The notes beneath the pieces were generated by a model. It ran no database searches, was not told the DNA's origin, and was given only the letters and a program-made list of their open reading frames with translations. Of a DNA stretch of 64,000 bases, positions 24,522-37,523 are shown in pieces. The DNA comes from Octopus vulgaris. Its lineage: Eukaryota. Positions within the stretch are counted from its first letter, which is position 1, and the number at the start of each line of letters is the position of its first letter. Location of the stretch: contig OX597828.1 in NCBI GenBank assembly GCA_951406725.2, positions 18,476,001-18,540,000 of the forward strand, read 5' to 3'. Made by a program: the position numbers and the translations under genes.

Positions 24522-24888
24522 CAAGGAGTGGCTGCGTGATAAGTAGCTTACCTACCAACCACATGGTTCCGGGTTCAGTCCCACTGCGTGGCATCTTGAA
24601 CTTTGTCTTCTACTATGGCCTCGGCCCGAACAAAGCCTTGTGAACTCAAACAAGCCCGTCGTATATATGTGTATATGTGTGTGTGTGTCTGTGTGTGTCT
24701 ATGTTTGTCCCCCTAGCACCTCTACTGGTGTGTTTACGTCCCCGTAACTTACCGATTGGGCAAAAGAGACCGATAGAATAAATACTGGGCTCACAAAGAA
24801 TAAGGCCCGGGGTCGATTTGTTCGGCTAAAGGCGGTGCTCCACCATGGCCGCAGTCAAATGACTGAAACAAGTAAAAGAGTAAAAGAA
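24522..24888 (+). mobile_element. SINE family C
   Basis: Head AGGAGTGGCTGCGTG..GGGTTCAGTCCCACTGCG; tail GACTGAAACAAGTAAAAGAG. Confidence 0.85.
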
Positions 24889-25290
24889 CTTGAAATAAAT
24901 GGAGAATAAAATTAACAATACCAGACAAGAAGAGGAAGTGCCCAGGGAATGTATTAGTTCGGGGATCTGTAGAAAGCGACACAAAGGTGAAAGTGGAAAG
25001 TCCAAAGAAGGGAAAGAAATCGTTAAAACAGCACGTGTGTAGTTACATTTGTTGAGGCCAAATCTAAACTAAAACACGCGTTCCCAAAACGCTGCGCAGT
25101 GCTGTAGGATCGCATCCGATTTTAAGTAGTTGCGAGATAGAATTCGAACCACAGTTCTCTATTCAAGAGATGAGGAATTATGTACATTATTTACATTTGA
25201 CGGATATTTGTCCTCATCTTGTTTGTTGTTAACACAACGTTTCGGCTGATATACCATCCAGCCTTCTTCACCACTACGCCATATACCCAC

Positions 25291-25368
25291 GGGCATTTGG
25301 CGTAACGGATACGAGCGCGGGCTGCTAACCCCAAGATTCGGAGTTCGATTCCAAGCAGTGACCTGAAC
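25291..25368 (+). promoter_or_regulatory. tRNA-like Pol III head of the family B element
   Basis: A box TGGCGTAACGG (inverted copy at 25271-25281 reads TGGCGTAGTGG), anticodon-like arm GGG-CTGCTAA-CCC, B box GAGTTCGATTCC. Confidence 0.7.
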
Positions 25369-25371
25369 AAT

Positions 25372-25438
<67 letters not shown>

Positions 25439-25987
25439 GATGCAGTACCAGGCAGACGCTCTCATGGCTTCTGATCTTAACTGATTGGAAGTGTTATCAT
25501 GTACATTGTTTTGTCTTGGTATAAAATATGGGCTATAGCAAATATTCTGCTCAATAAAACAGATTTGCTTGTCTGTTGTTTGACCTTAACCAGTTGACCA
25601 TGTCCCTTAGTGGCTGACGATATGTGCATCTCTGATCACGAGCAGAAGTAGTGAGGGAGCATCATAGCCATGTGTTGAGAGGGATTCTTTGGAGTTTGAA
25701 TAGTTCACCCCTGGAAACATGGGTGGTTCTTTCAACATCCTTAAACAACCCTTATTCAGGGACCGTTTGAGCGAGATGGGCTACTCAACCTGAAGAAAAT
25801 TCTAACTGGGCCCCACCTGCAAGGTCATGTGCTGTTTATCTTGATATGAGATCACCATGTCGCGCACATATGGTTGTGATGCATGTGCCTGGTGTACCTT
25901 TATCAGACGGGTAGTCATGATGGGTATATTGGGCTTCGTATATTTTACCCCAGTGTCACTTTGATGGCATGAACTGCTCTCTCACTC
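25439..25987 (+). mobile_element. Non-coding (AAT)n-inserted retroelement (family T), copy 1
   Basis: Highly similar to 26098-26654 and 43427-44036; fixed 3' end CTCTCTCACTC(AAT)n. Confidence 0.85.
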
Positions 25988-26010
25988 AATAATAATAATA
26001 ATAATAATAA

Positions 26011-26041
<31 letters not shown>

Positions 26042-26054
26042 AAGAAAAAAAAAA

Positions 26055-26097
<43 letters not shown>

Positions 26098-26100
<3 letters not shown>

Positions 26101-26654
26101 GCCCTGATGCAGTACCAGACAGTGGCTCTCTTGGCTTGTGATCTTAACTGATTGGAAGTGTTATCATGTACATTGTTTTGTCTTGGTATAAAAGATGGGC
26201 TACAGCAAATAATCTGCTCAATACTACACATTTGCTCGTCAGCTGTTTGATCTTAACCAGTTGACCATGTCCCTTAGTGGCTGACGATATGTGTATCTAT
26301 GATCATGAGCAGAAGTAGTGGGGGAGCATCATAGCCGTGTGTTGAAAGGAATTCTTTGAGGTTTGGAAAATTCACCTTTGGAAACATAGATGGTTCGTTC
26401 AACATCCTTAAACAATCCTTATTCAGGGACTTTTTGAGCGTGATGGGCTACTCGACCAGAAGAAAATTCTAACTAGGCCCTATCTGCAAGGTCGTACACT
26501 GTTTATCTTGATATGAGATCACCAAGTCGTGCATATATGGTTGTTATGATTGTGCCTGGTGTACCCTTATCAGACGGCTAGTCATGATGTGTATACTGGG
26601 CTTCGTATATTTTACCCCAGTGTCACTTGGATGGCATGCACTGCTCTCTCACTC
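26098..26654 (+). mobile_element. Family T, copy 2 (longest 5' end)
   Basis: Starts AATGCCCTGATGCAGTACC; (AAT)n on both sides. Confidence 0.85.
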
Positions 26655-26737
<83 letters not shown>

Positions 26738-26739
26738 TG

Positions 26740-26827
<88 letters not shown>

Positions 26828-26899
26828 CAACATTTATTTATTTATTTATTTTATTTTATTTTATTTAATTCTTTTATTTTTTATTTCATTTTTATGTAT

Positions 26900-27037
26900 T
26901 AGACATTCACTAGTACAACACCAAAAAAAAAAAAAAACCCAAATATATGGCACAGAACTTCCAACCTATTGTCTCTTGAGGACTCTGGGTGAGACTTGGA
27001 GCCAACTTGTACAGACATAAAGCAAAAGTCAAACATA

Positions 27038-27038
<1 letters not shown>
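26900..27038 (+). mobile_element. R4/Dong LINE 3' UTR fragment
   Basis: Matches the 3' UTR of 31290-31450 (GAGACTTGGAGCCAACTTGTACA..AAGCAAAAGTCAAACATAG), followed by (AAT)n. Confidence 0.85.
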
Positions 27039-27133
<95 letters not shown>

Positions 27134-27235
27134 CAACAACAATAACAACAACAACAACAACACCACCAACAACAAAAACAACAACAACATCGAAAATACC
27201 TTAGAGATGAGAACCCAGGTTCGAAATTTCTCCAA

Positions 27236-27281
27236 AACACCTGATGAAGGCTGGAAGGTATATCAGCCGAAACGTTGTGTT
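27236..27281 (+). ncRNA. Minimal type I hammerhead motif (family B)
   Basis: AACAC-CTGATGA-A-GGCTG-(10 nt)-CAGCC-GAAAC-GTT-GTGTT; palindromic AACGTT stem III. Confidence 0.75.
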
Positions 27282-27760
27282 AACAACAAACAGGATGAGG
27301 ACAAATATCCGTCAAATATAAACGATGTAAATAAACTTCGAACTTCTTAACCACACGGCTATACCTGTGCAATGAGATCAAACCTAGGGTCTGAGAACTG
27401 AGGCAATGTCTGCGCAGAGTCCACTCTTTAGTACTAATCTTAAATCGGCAGCAACTTCTTTGTGTCAGTGTAGAAATTTTTTGACTGACATCTTGCGCAA
27501 ATGTGAACACTTGAAGAACAAGAATTCGTTACCTTTCATAATATTGCCAGATTGTCAACGGAACGGCTTCGTGTATGTTTGAAGTATAGTTACCATTTCA
27601 ACTAAAATATTAAAGAGACTACAAGTGATTTGTTGCAACTTCCAAATATCATTCTAAGTCACTACTTATAGTCTCCAAATATCAAGTTCGAAGATATACT
27701 ATCCACTGAAGATATATATATATATATTTACTTATTTATTTATTTATATATGTATGTATG

Positions 27761-27849
<89 letters not shown>

Positions 27850-28668
27850 GTATATATACATATATATATATATACACATATATGTATATGTATGTATAGT
27901 ACGTATGTATATATATATATATATATATATACAAACACATGCGCGCAAACACACAGAGATACATACTTACTATATATATATATATATATACACATACATA
28001 CGACAAAAAAAAGTGAGAAAGAAATACGATATGCAATTGAAACAGTAGTTCCGACGTCTGAATTTTAAATAACAACCAACCAAACCCACCTCACACCCTA
28101 ACCCTAACTCCACAACCGACTTTCCTTTGCAGAACTACAAACTACCAGCTCCAAATATCAATGACCAACTCATAGGAAAACATTCCAAGATCAATGTCTC
28201 ATGACATTCTCCAAATTTAACATGAAATAAACGCTAGAGATTAGCTAAACGAAAACCTCTTGGTGACCGGCTGAAAGTGAACACGAAAATATTACAAAAT
28301 ATTACACAAGCTAAGACATGTCTTAACAATTTAACCTTTCTCGGAGAAAAGTATATATCCAGACACATATAATGTACACCCGATCACAATCGATTAAAAT
28401 GAAGTAAATAATAAAACAGAAGATACGTCGTCTGCCGAAAGTATGAAACATTGCGAGACTTATTGTATTAGAGGTAATAAATATATTGTGGGAAAACGAG
28501 GCAAAGTGTTGGCAAATGATATACATTAATCTGACAAGTCAAAATGATCTTCGTATAATTATTGATATAAATAAACAGATGGTACGGATAGCAAATTGAT
28601 TTCTTAAAAGATCATATGTACCTTAAAACTACGTATTAAATACTGAACGTCTGAGTAAACGAGTAAAC

Positions 28669-28718
<50 letters not shown>

Positions 28719-28866
28719 TTTTCTGCGTTTGTGGTTATTTATATCTTCGTGTGCATTCATATACATGTCTACAGATATAATTATATACATGCAAATACAT
28801 GGGTACATTAATATAAACACTAAGAATTAGAAGGACACACACACACACACATATATACGTATATAC

Positions 28867-29033
<167 letters not shown>

Positions 29034-29106
29034 CATACATATACTTACATACGAACATATCTGTAAATATGCACATATATATGTAGATAAACATGATACA
29101 TTCATA

Positions 29107-29153
<47 letters not shown>

Positions 29154-29349
29154 TATATTTTATCTATGTTCTTTCTTCATACAGCTTTTCACCATAAAGG
29201 TAAAAGTATTATTCAAGATATTACTTGTTGACACGGTAGATCGAACAAGAAATAAAATATAATTAAGACAAAATCTGTATTATTGTCACTAGTTTCTTGT
29301 TTCAGAAAATTATTATTATTTTTGTTGTTATTATTATCATTATTATTAC

Positions 29350-29422
<73 letters not shown>

Positions 29423-29733
29423 GAGAATGACGGGAAGGTGAACAATAGATTATATATAAATATCAGTCACAGCCACACACACATAGGTAAACACGTAGAG
29501 ACACACACACACATACACACACAGAAACACACATATCCACACAGGTACTTATATATACATTTAATATTTTATGTAAGATATAAAATACATATATACATGA
29601 GTAAATATATACATGAATATATATATATATTTATATATATGTGTGTGTGTGTGGGTGTGTGTGCGTGCATGTGTGTTTGTGTGTGCGTGTGTATGGAAGT
29701 GATGTGTGTGTGTATGCGTGTGTGTGTGTGTGC

Positions 29734-29793
<60 letters not shown>

Positions 29794-30330
29794 TTCTTAG
29801 GAATGAAATGCTAATGTTAATCTTATTCGGAAGTCTTTTATTATCAAAGGTGTCATTGATTCGCAAGAATAATAATAGGAATCTTAGTTTTATTCTTTTT
29901 TTCTTACCTATTATTAATGAACGTGATCTAATTCGTGTATGTAAAAATTATGGCATTTTTAATTACTCCCTCTGCGTGCATTCTGGATAAAACTTCAATG
30001 CAAAATTTACATTCCTTCGTCTTGTAGCAGCAAAAAGAAAGAAAGAAGTTACAAAAATATAAGTATGTGTTTTAACAGAAGCTTTTGTAGTCTAATGAAA
30101 ATGTTTTCAAAAGTATTTTTGAAGTATATTTTTAGTTATGTGTAAAGCTACAACAAAATTGGAGGAGAAAAAAAAACTCAGAAATGAATAATAATGAAAT
30201 ATAAATTCTAACAAAAAGATATTCGAAAATTATTGGTGATAAAGATCGTCAAAGTTCGAGTTTACAAACGTGAAATAGGGTAAATATTAATATATGTATA
30301 CATACTATCATACATTTGCACGCGCACGCA

Positions 30331-30417
<87 letters not shown>

Positions 30418-30475
30418 GCACTCAAAGATAAGATATGTGAATATATATATACATATATATACATATATATATATA

Positions 30476-30508
<33 letters not shown>

Positions 30509-31225
30509 ATATGTGCACATACATGTCTGTATATATATATATATACACACACACATATATATATTCAAGAAAGTGCAGTTGTTTTTCCTTGATATTGATC
30601 TTGTATAATATTTCCTCTTATATAGGAGAGCTAAATAAATGGATATCTATTTGTCTGAGTCAAACTTTCAAAGCAACGAACCAACGATATATACACACAT
30701 TTCTCTTTAAAATTTCTTCCTTCTTTTTTTTTTTTTTTTTCATTTTTCGTTTGTCTTGTGAAGTTCTAAATGAAATTCACAAAAAAGAAAAATTATTTAA
30801 ATCTTTTTTTTTTACCTCCAACTTTTGCGATGAGCAATAACGAAAAAAAATTACATTTTACTCCTACCATCATCAGCAGCAGCAGCAGTAGCAGCAGCAG
30901 CAGCAGTGGTAGTAGTGATAGTAGTAGTAGTAGTAGTAGTAGTTTATTAAATCCATATTGAAAACTTAATACTCTGTCTATCTAACACGAACGTCTGTTA
31001 TCGGAGATTTTCTAGTATTAAAAATATGAAACAGTTTCCAACGAGCGTAATTGTTCAGACAGTTAATATAGACTATCAAATTGCTTCGGAATTGTCTTTA
31101 GTAAATAACATTACTCATGCTTTGTTAACTCGTATGATTGTTTCACTCGGAGACCAAATCATCATCATCATCATCATCACCATCATTATTATTTTTATGA
31201 TTATTATTATTATTATTATTATTAA

Positions 31226-31289
<64 letters not shown>

Positions 31290-31290
<1 letters not shown>

Positions 31291-33445
31291 TATGTTTGAC
31301 TTTTGCTTTATATTTGTACAAGTTGGCTCCAAGTCTCACCCAGAGACCTCAAGAGACAACAGGTTGGAAGTTCATGTTGTTTTTATGCCTAGTGTGCCAT
31401 ATATTTGGGGGGGTGGTGGAGTTTTTGGTGTTGTACTAATGAATGTCTGAAGAAAATAATTTTTTTAAAAACCGAAAATTATGTTTGTTTTAAAACTTGA
31501 GATTACATAGAAAGTATTTTGCGTAGGATATTAGCAGTTCCCATGAGCACTATCTTTGGAATTTCTGCCATTTTTGGGTTTCCTGGTATCTGAGTTAGGT
31601 AGCTATCAGCCCCTTTTGCTATCATTCCCAGGGCACCTATGACAACAGGTATTGTTTTAGTCTTCAGGTTCCACATTTTGCTGATTTCTATTTCAAGATC
31701 TTTATATTTGCTCAGTTTTTGGTAGGTCTTGACAGATACGTTTATATCGATTGGGACAGTCATATCAATGAGGAGGCATGTTCTTTGTCTGAAGTCTTTC
31801 AATATGATGTCTGGCCTATTTGCATCTATCTTTCTGTCAGTTTGGATGGTGAAGTTCCAGAGGAGTGGGATGTGGTCATTTTCAAGCACTGGAGGTGGAT
31901 TGTGTTCCCACCAGTTTTTTTCATGGAGCAAATCCAGGTTTTTTCAAATTACCCAGTGAATATATTGCGTAGCTCTATCATGCCTGTTGAGGTACTCTGT
32001 AGGCGCTAGAAGACTGCATTTGGAGACAACATGATCAATGGTTTCATTTTGTGGTCGGCATACAATACATTTTGGGCTACTGCCGTTCTTTAATATGTTG
32101 GCCTGGTAGTTTCTTGTGGGTAAGCATTGATCTTCAGCTGCTATGATAAACCCTTCTGTTTCAGATTTTAAACCAGCGGCCATTAGCCATTGATGGGCCA
32201 GGGCTTTGTCAATATCTGCATTATTCGCTCTCTTTGGGTATTTGCCATAGAGAGGTCTTTCTTGCCATTTATTATTCAGAATATCTAAGGCCGCAGTTTT
32301 GGCACGGGTTTTCATGCGCTTAGCTTTTTCTGTGCTTGTTTCTTGTATGTCTATCTCTAATTCCGAAATTGGTTGTATTCGGAATTCACTTAGATATTCC
32401 TTTGCCTGTTTTGTTACTGAGTATGATGCTTTCTTGTTTTCGTGTTTTGAGACAAGTTTTAACATCCAGTCCTCAGACTTTTTCAGGTAGGTGTCTAGGC
32501 CAATTGTAGCAATCTTCATTGTTATTGCCAGTTGCAAAAGACCACGGCCTCCCTCTTTTCTTGGCAGATAAAGTCGTTCTGTATCTGCCTTAGGGTGGTG
32601 CATTCTATGCATTGTCAACAGTTTTCTTATTTTTCTGTCGAGCTGACATATTTCAGTAATTGACCAGTTAACGATATTGAAACTGTAAGTCACGACTGGT
32701 ATGGCTAATGCATTGATAGCTTCGATCCTGTTTCTTGCATTCAGCTCTGTCTTGAGTATTGCTCTCACTCTTCGATAGCATTCTCTCCTGATCCTTTCCT
32801 TCATCTATGAATGCCTTATTCCGTTCCCTTCAATTACCCCTAGGTACTTGTAGCTCTCCGCTGGGTCTAGTTCTTTTATGACATTCTGCTGGTCAAGGTT
32901 AACGTTAGATGTTTCTGTCATTTTTCCTTTGTTAAAGGTAGGTTTTGCACATTTATCGAGGCCGAATTGCATTCTGATGTCGTCACTGAATTGTTTGACT
33001 ATCGCTAGTAAGCCCTTGAGATGTTGGTCATTTTTTGCAAAAAGCTTTAAATCATCCATGTAAATGAGTTGATTTATATTTTTATCAAACATTTTATACC
33101 CGTACTGCGCGTCATTGAGCAGTTTTAAGAGAGGTATTAAGGCTAAACAAAAAAGGAGTGGTGACAGTGAGTCACCCTGGAAAATGCCACGCGAAATTTT
33201 TACATCACCAGCATTTAGGGATTCATTGTCACTGTTTGGAGTTAGTGTGGTTCTCCATGATCTCATACTTACAGTCAAAAGGTTTCGCAGAGTAGGTGCT
33301 ATCTTATACATTTCCAGGCATTTCCTAATCCAGCTAGGTGGTAGGCTATCAAAAGCCTTTTTATAGTCTATCCAGGCTATTGATAAGTTTTTGTGTCGTT
33401 TGTGACAATCTTCTAAGATCAACTTATTGATGAGTAGTTGATCTT
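31290..33445 (-). mobile_element. 5'-truncated R4/Dong-clade non-LTR retrotransposon inserted in (AAT)n
   Basis: RT, CCHC and RLE motifs plus 3' UTR; (ATT)n on the plus strand at both ends (about 31200-31289 and 33454-33590). Confidence 0.93.
31503..33443 (-). pseudogene. R4/Dong ORF remnant: reverse transcriptase, CCHC zinc knuckle and PD-(D/E)xK endonuclease
   Basis: DQLLINK, WIDYKKAFDS, RGIFQGDSLSPLLF, YMDD, YKYLG, CIVC..ETIDHVVSKC, RHD, NRPDII..LIDMTVP..KLSKY; the three listed ORFs share one frame, broken by TAG 32805-32807 and TGA 31944-31946. Confidence 0.92.
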
Positions 33446-33476
33446 AGTTGAGTAATTATTATTATTATTATTATTA

Positions 33477-33546
<70 letters not shown>

Positions 33547-33818
33547 CATCATCATCATCATTATTATTATTGTTGTTGTTATTATTATTATAACTATTAA
33601 ACTGTAGCAAACGGTTTTACTTTCCTGGAGTAAAAAAAATATACACGTAGAAAGAGAAAACTTAAACAATACCTCAGATAGTTCTCATTCGTTAAATGTT
33701 TCCATTCCAACATAGGTAACAGTATAACAGAATTATCCGATGATGAAGTGAACATCCCCTATGCAATATTTTTGCTCAGCGATTGGCTGAATCGGTAAAA
33801 CGTCGACAATAACATATT

Positions 33819-34050
33819 ATCTTTTACTTGTTTCAATCATTACACTACGGCCATGTTGGGGCACTGCCTTGGAGTTTTTTGGGGTTTTTTTTCGTTTTAG
33901 TCGAAAGAATCGACTCCAGTACGTTTTTTAAAACCTGGTACTTATTATAGCAGTAGCTTGTGCCGAACGTAACCAAGCCAACACTGGTTGTCAAGTGGAG
34001 GTCCGGTACAAACAGACAGATAGACACACACACAAACAAACACACACATA
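33819..34050 (-). mobile_element. SINE family C, 3' portion
   Basis: CTTTTACTTGTTTCAATCATT..CGGCCATGTTGGGGCAC. Confidence 0.7.
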
Positions 34051-34787
34051 TTTATATATATATATATATATATATAAATCTGAAATGAGAAAGTTTCTTT
34101 GTCTGGTTTTGGCATTGGAACAGGTTAAAGGGCGCTAGATCCCGTTGGATTGGCTCCAAAATTTACAGGGACATGTAAAATGAGGTGAGGATGAGAGTGG
34201 GCTAGATTAGAAATCCCTATCTTAAAAGGTGTGGTTACTAGGGCAAAAAACGCACACTTTGACAAATCTATCATTCTCTTATCTGCCTGTCTTCCTCTGT
34301 CTCTCTCTGTTTCCTCCCTTCCCCTCACTTTCTATCTATAACGACGTTTGACAGCTACTACTACTATTGATTTGGTATTTTATATCGATCCAGATATGAT
34401 GAAATGTAAAAATGTCCTTGCCTGGATTTGAAACCAGAATACAGAAAATCGAAACGAGTACCGTGACGCTCTGTACTAACTTTCTAACAAAACTGCTAAC
34501 TTTTGGCTTCGTTGCTTTACATTATCGTTTTTTTCTTCCTAAAAAATTCGATTAGATGATCCTACTGGAATTAGATGCTTTTACATTAGTGGAAAAAAGT
34601 CCATCATAGAGGGAGATTTTTACACACATTAATTGCATGGATAATCTCAATTAATTAATTAAAGAATTGCAACTCTCTATAATGCATATGCGAGAACCAA
34701 CCATATATATATTCGACCCATAAAATCATCCTTTCATATAGTCTCCCTCTCTCATGCACGCTATCACTTTCTCTCTCTTATTATCTC

Positions 34788-34840
<53 letters not shown>

Positions 34841-36096
34841 CATGCATACGCACCTATACAGAGACAGACATACAGTCAGGCAGACAGGCAGACAGGCAGA
34901 CAGACAAATAGATAGACAGACAGACAGACAGATAGAGAGATAGACAGACAGACAGAGTCAGGCAGACAGACAGACAGACAGACAGACAGATCGAGAGATA
35001 GATAGATAGTAGTTAGGTAGTCTGTTTTTATGTCTTTATGAAGAAAAAACAGTTTGTACATTAAACAGAATGATCACTGGACGCTTTTGTAGAGTACATA
35101 TTTGTTATACTATTATAAAAACAAAACAGTTCTGAAAGTGACTTCAAAGTTCCAGCTACCTACTCTTACATATATATATATATGTGTGTGTGTACAAGAA
35201 CGATGTTTTAACTTACAAAATAAAATTTCCTTGTTCGAATCTAATTGATGTGTATATCCAGGGACCAGACACTTAATGTATAAAACAGTCAAAGCATAAT
35301 GAACATATAATGTAGACTATACACCTAAACATGAGGTTAACAGTCCTCAGAGTCATAAGCGTATTATGTTATTGAATGTATTAAATGTAGGATAACGTAG
35401 AACTGTAATCAAATTTGCTATATGGCTTCACAAAACACTATTATAAACTATTGCCTTTTCCACCTCGGTGCTAAATGAAATACTGAATTTGTACGCCACA
35501 TAAATTGCTAAATGCGAACATAAAAACTTAATGTCGGATAATTAAATTGAAAAAAAAAATCCATGCTGTAGTCTATGCTATTATTCTTAATGACAAAGAA
35601 CAGCTAGTTGGGGAAAATCAATAACGCATCATATAAAATGCCATTATGTAGTTCAAATCCCGCTGGTCTCGATATGTCTTTTATTCCTCAGGGATCGATA
35701 AAAACAGGTTGTTTCATTGCCGACTAAAGGACAGTTCCAATCATAAATTCATCCTTTGGTAATAGAGGAATGAGATTTTGGCTCAACTCCAATAACGCAT
35801 GATAATAATATCGAATACAGTATATGGAATGAAAGCCGCTTACTGTAGTCATGGATAATGCTATCAGACGGTCATCATTATCGGATTTAGGGAATCCCAG
35901 ATATGTTCATCGCAGTATTATATTTACTGTTTCATATTAGCAGCCGATCATTTTTATCTAAATGGCTCCGTTAGAAAATGATCATATTAAGCGGCTTCTT
36001 CTGACTACATAATGCATAAACGTGTGTGTGTGTTTGTTGAATGATAACTTAGAAGAGAATGCTAGTTCAAGCTGGTAAGATTCAAATTCACTTGGG

Positions 36097-36378
36097 TTGA
36101 CCCAAATTACAATGAATTAACCCAAATTGAAATGGACTGACCCAATTAAAAAAGATTTACCCAAACGAATTCATATGATTAGACCCAAATTCAGAAAGGG
36201 TTAGTTCTCTATTCAAGTAGATAGGATTAGTATTCACAAGAGTCGGCACAAAAACGACTAGATCGACCCACATTGAAATGAACTGACCCAAATTCAAATG
36301 GTTGAATCTAAATTCGAATCGATTAACCCAAATATGCCTGAATTAACATAAATTGAAATCGATCGACTTAAAATGGAA
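36097..36378 (+). repeat. Degenerate minisatellite, unit about 20-21 bp (GACCCAAATTGAAATGAATT-like)
   Basis: ACCCAAATT-like core recurs about 10 times. Confidence 0.7.
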
Positions 36379-36892
36379 TAGCAAAGGGATTTCCTGTGTG
36401 ATCAAAAGACAAGTACACGAACCCGTGAACAACGAGATGACTATATTCGTTGAAGCTATAAAGATGGTAGAGAATAACTGGAGCAAAAAGTTATGTTGTT
36501 ACACCGAAGGGAAGACTAACAGAAAATAACTTCCGTCAAACGTCCAGTTATTTTGAAGGCAGAACTCAGTGTTTTGCTCGGGAACACAACGCACCGCTTG
36601 GTCCAGAAACTGAAACCAAGGTCTTGTGATCATGAGAGCAACACCCAAACTACTGGGCCATGGATCTGCACAAATGTTCTGTTATATGGAAGATAAAATT
36701 AAGACATTCGCTTAATACAAATGTTCTGATATATGGAATATTTTACCTTTCATTTTTAAATTGTTTCAGTCATTGGACCTCAACCATGCTGGAGCACATC
36801 TTTGAACACTAAAACTAGCATCATAAGCCTGTCTTCCAAAAAAAAAAATTGTCATCAGAAATAGTATTGATTCTTGGTATTAGCAGAAGTTA

Positions 36893-37240
36893 AAGGGGCG
36901 ACGAGCAGGCAGAAAATCGTAAGAACGCCGGATAAAATGCTTAGCGGCATTTCGTCCGTCTAAGTTCAAATTCTGTCTTACCATACAGCCACACCTGCGC
37001 CACTTTAGTATTGTTTACGTCGAAGGCGGCGACCTGGCAGAAACGTTAGCACGCAGAACGAAATGCTTAGCAGTATTTCGTCTGTCTGTATGTTCTGAGT
37101 TCAAATTTCGCTGAGGTCGACTTCGACTTTTATCCTTTCGGGGTTGATAAAATAAGTAACAGCAGAGCACTGGGGTCGTTGTATTCAACTTAACCCTTTC
37201 CCTAAAATTGCTGGCCTTCAGCCAAAACTTGAAATCAATA
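36893..37240 (+). mobile_element. SINE family M, partial copy (36893-36975) and full copy (37023-37240)
   Basis: AAGGCGGCGACCTGGCAGAAACGTTAGCAC head and central domain. Confidence 0.8.
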
Positions 37241-37448
37241 TTAGCAGAACCCAGAAATATGTTTTGGAGGTTACAGTCAACTGAGCAGATCCCACTACTT
37301 CACTAATACTTTATTTTTTCGAGTACTTGTCCAGTTCTTTAATATTCGATTCTAAGTCGATTATGATTATTGCAAACAAGCCGAGACCAGCACTGGTCAA
37401 GTAGGTCGATATTTTATAGCAATGGCAACTGTGAGGACGCCATCTTTA

Positions 37449-37523
<75 letters not shown>

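Larger units (their letters stand above)
25151..27334 (+). mobile_element. Family B element (inverted 3' part, tRNA-like head, (AAY)n, HHR, tail) expanded by three nested insertions
   Basis: Minus tail and HHR 25151-25270; head 25291-25368; body resumes about 27131-27334; TSD-like A(A/C)TTCGAAC at 25141-25149 and 27335-27343. Confidence 0.75.

Noticed and set aside
25291-25368. Functional tRNA-Ser(GCT) gene
   Set aside because: No proper acceptor stem, long variable arm or T-run terminator; embedded in a repeat. The same applies to the SINE heads at 47128, 18737 and 9940-10004.
28090-28110. CCCTAACCCTAA telomeric repeat
   Set aside because: Only two units; not significant.
31944-31946. In-frame TGA at a probable Cys position (selenocysteine or A-to-I readthrough)
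   Set aside because: The copy is 5'-truncated and also has a TAG; a single point mutation is the simpler explanation and I see no SECIS.
34075-34300. Possible Helitron-like 5' end after (TA)n
   Set aside because: No matching 3' hairpin-CTAG end identified; resemblance too weak.
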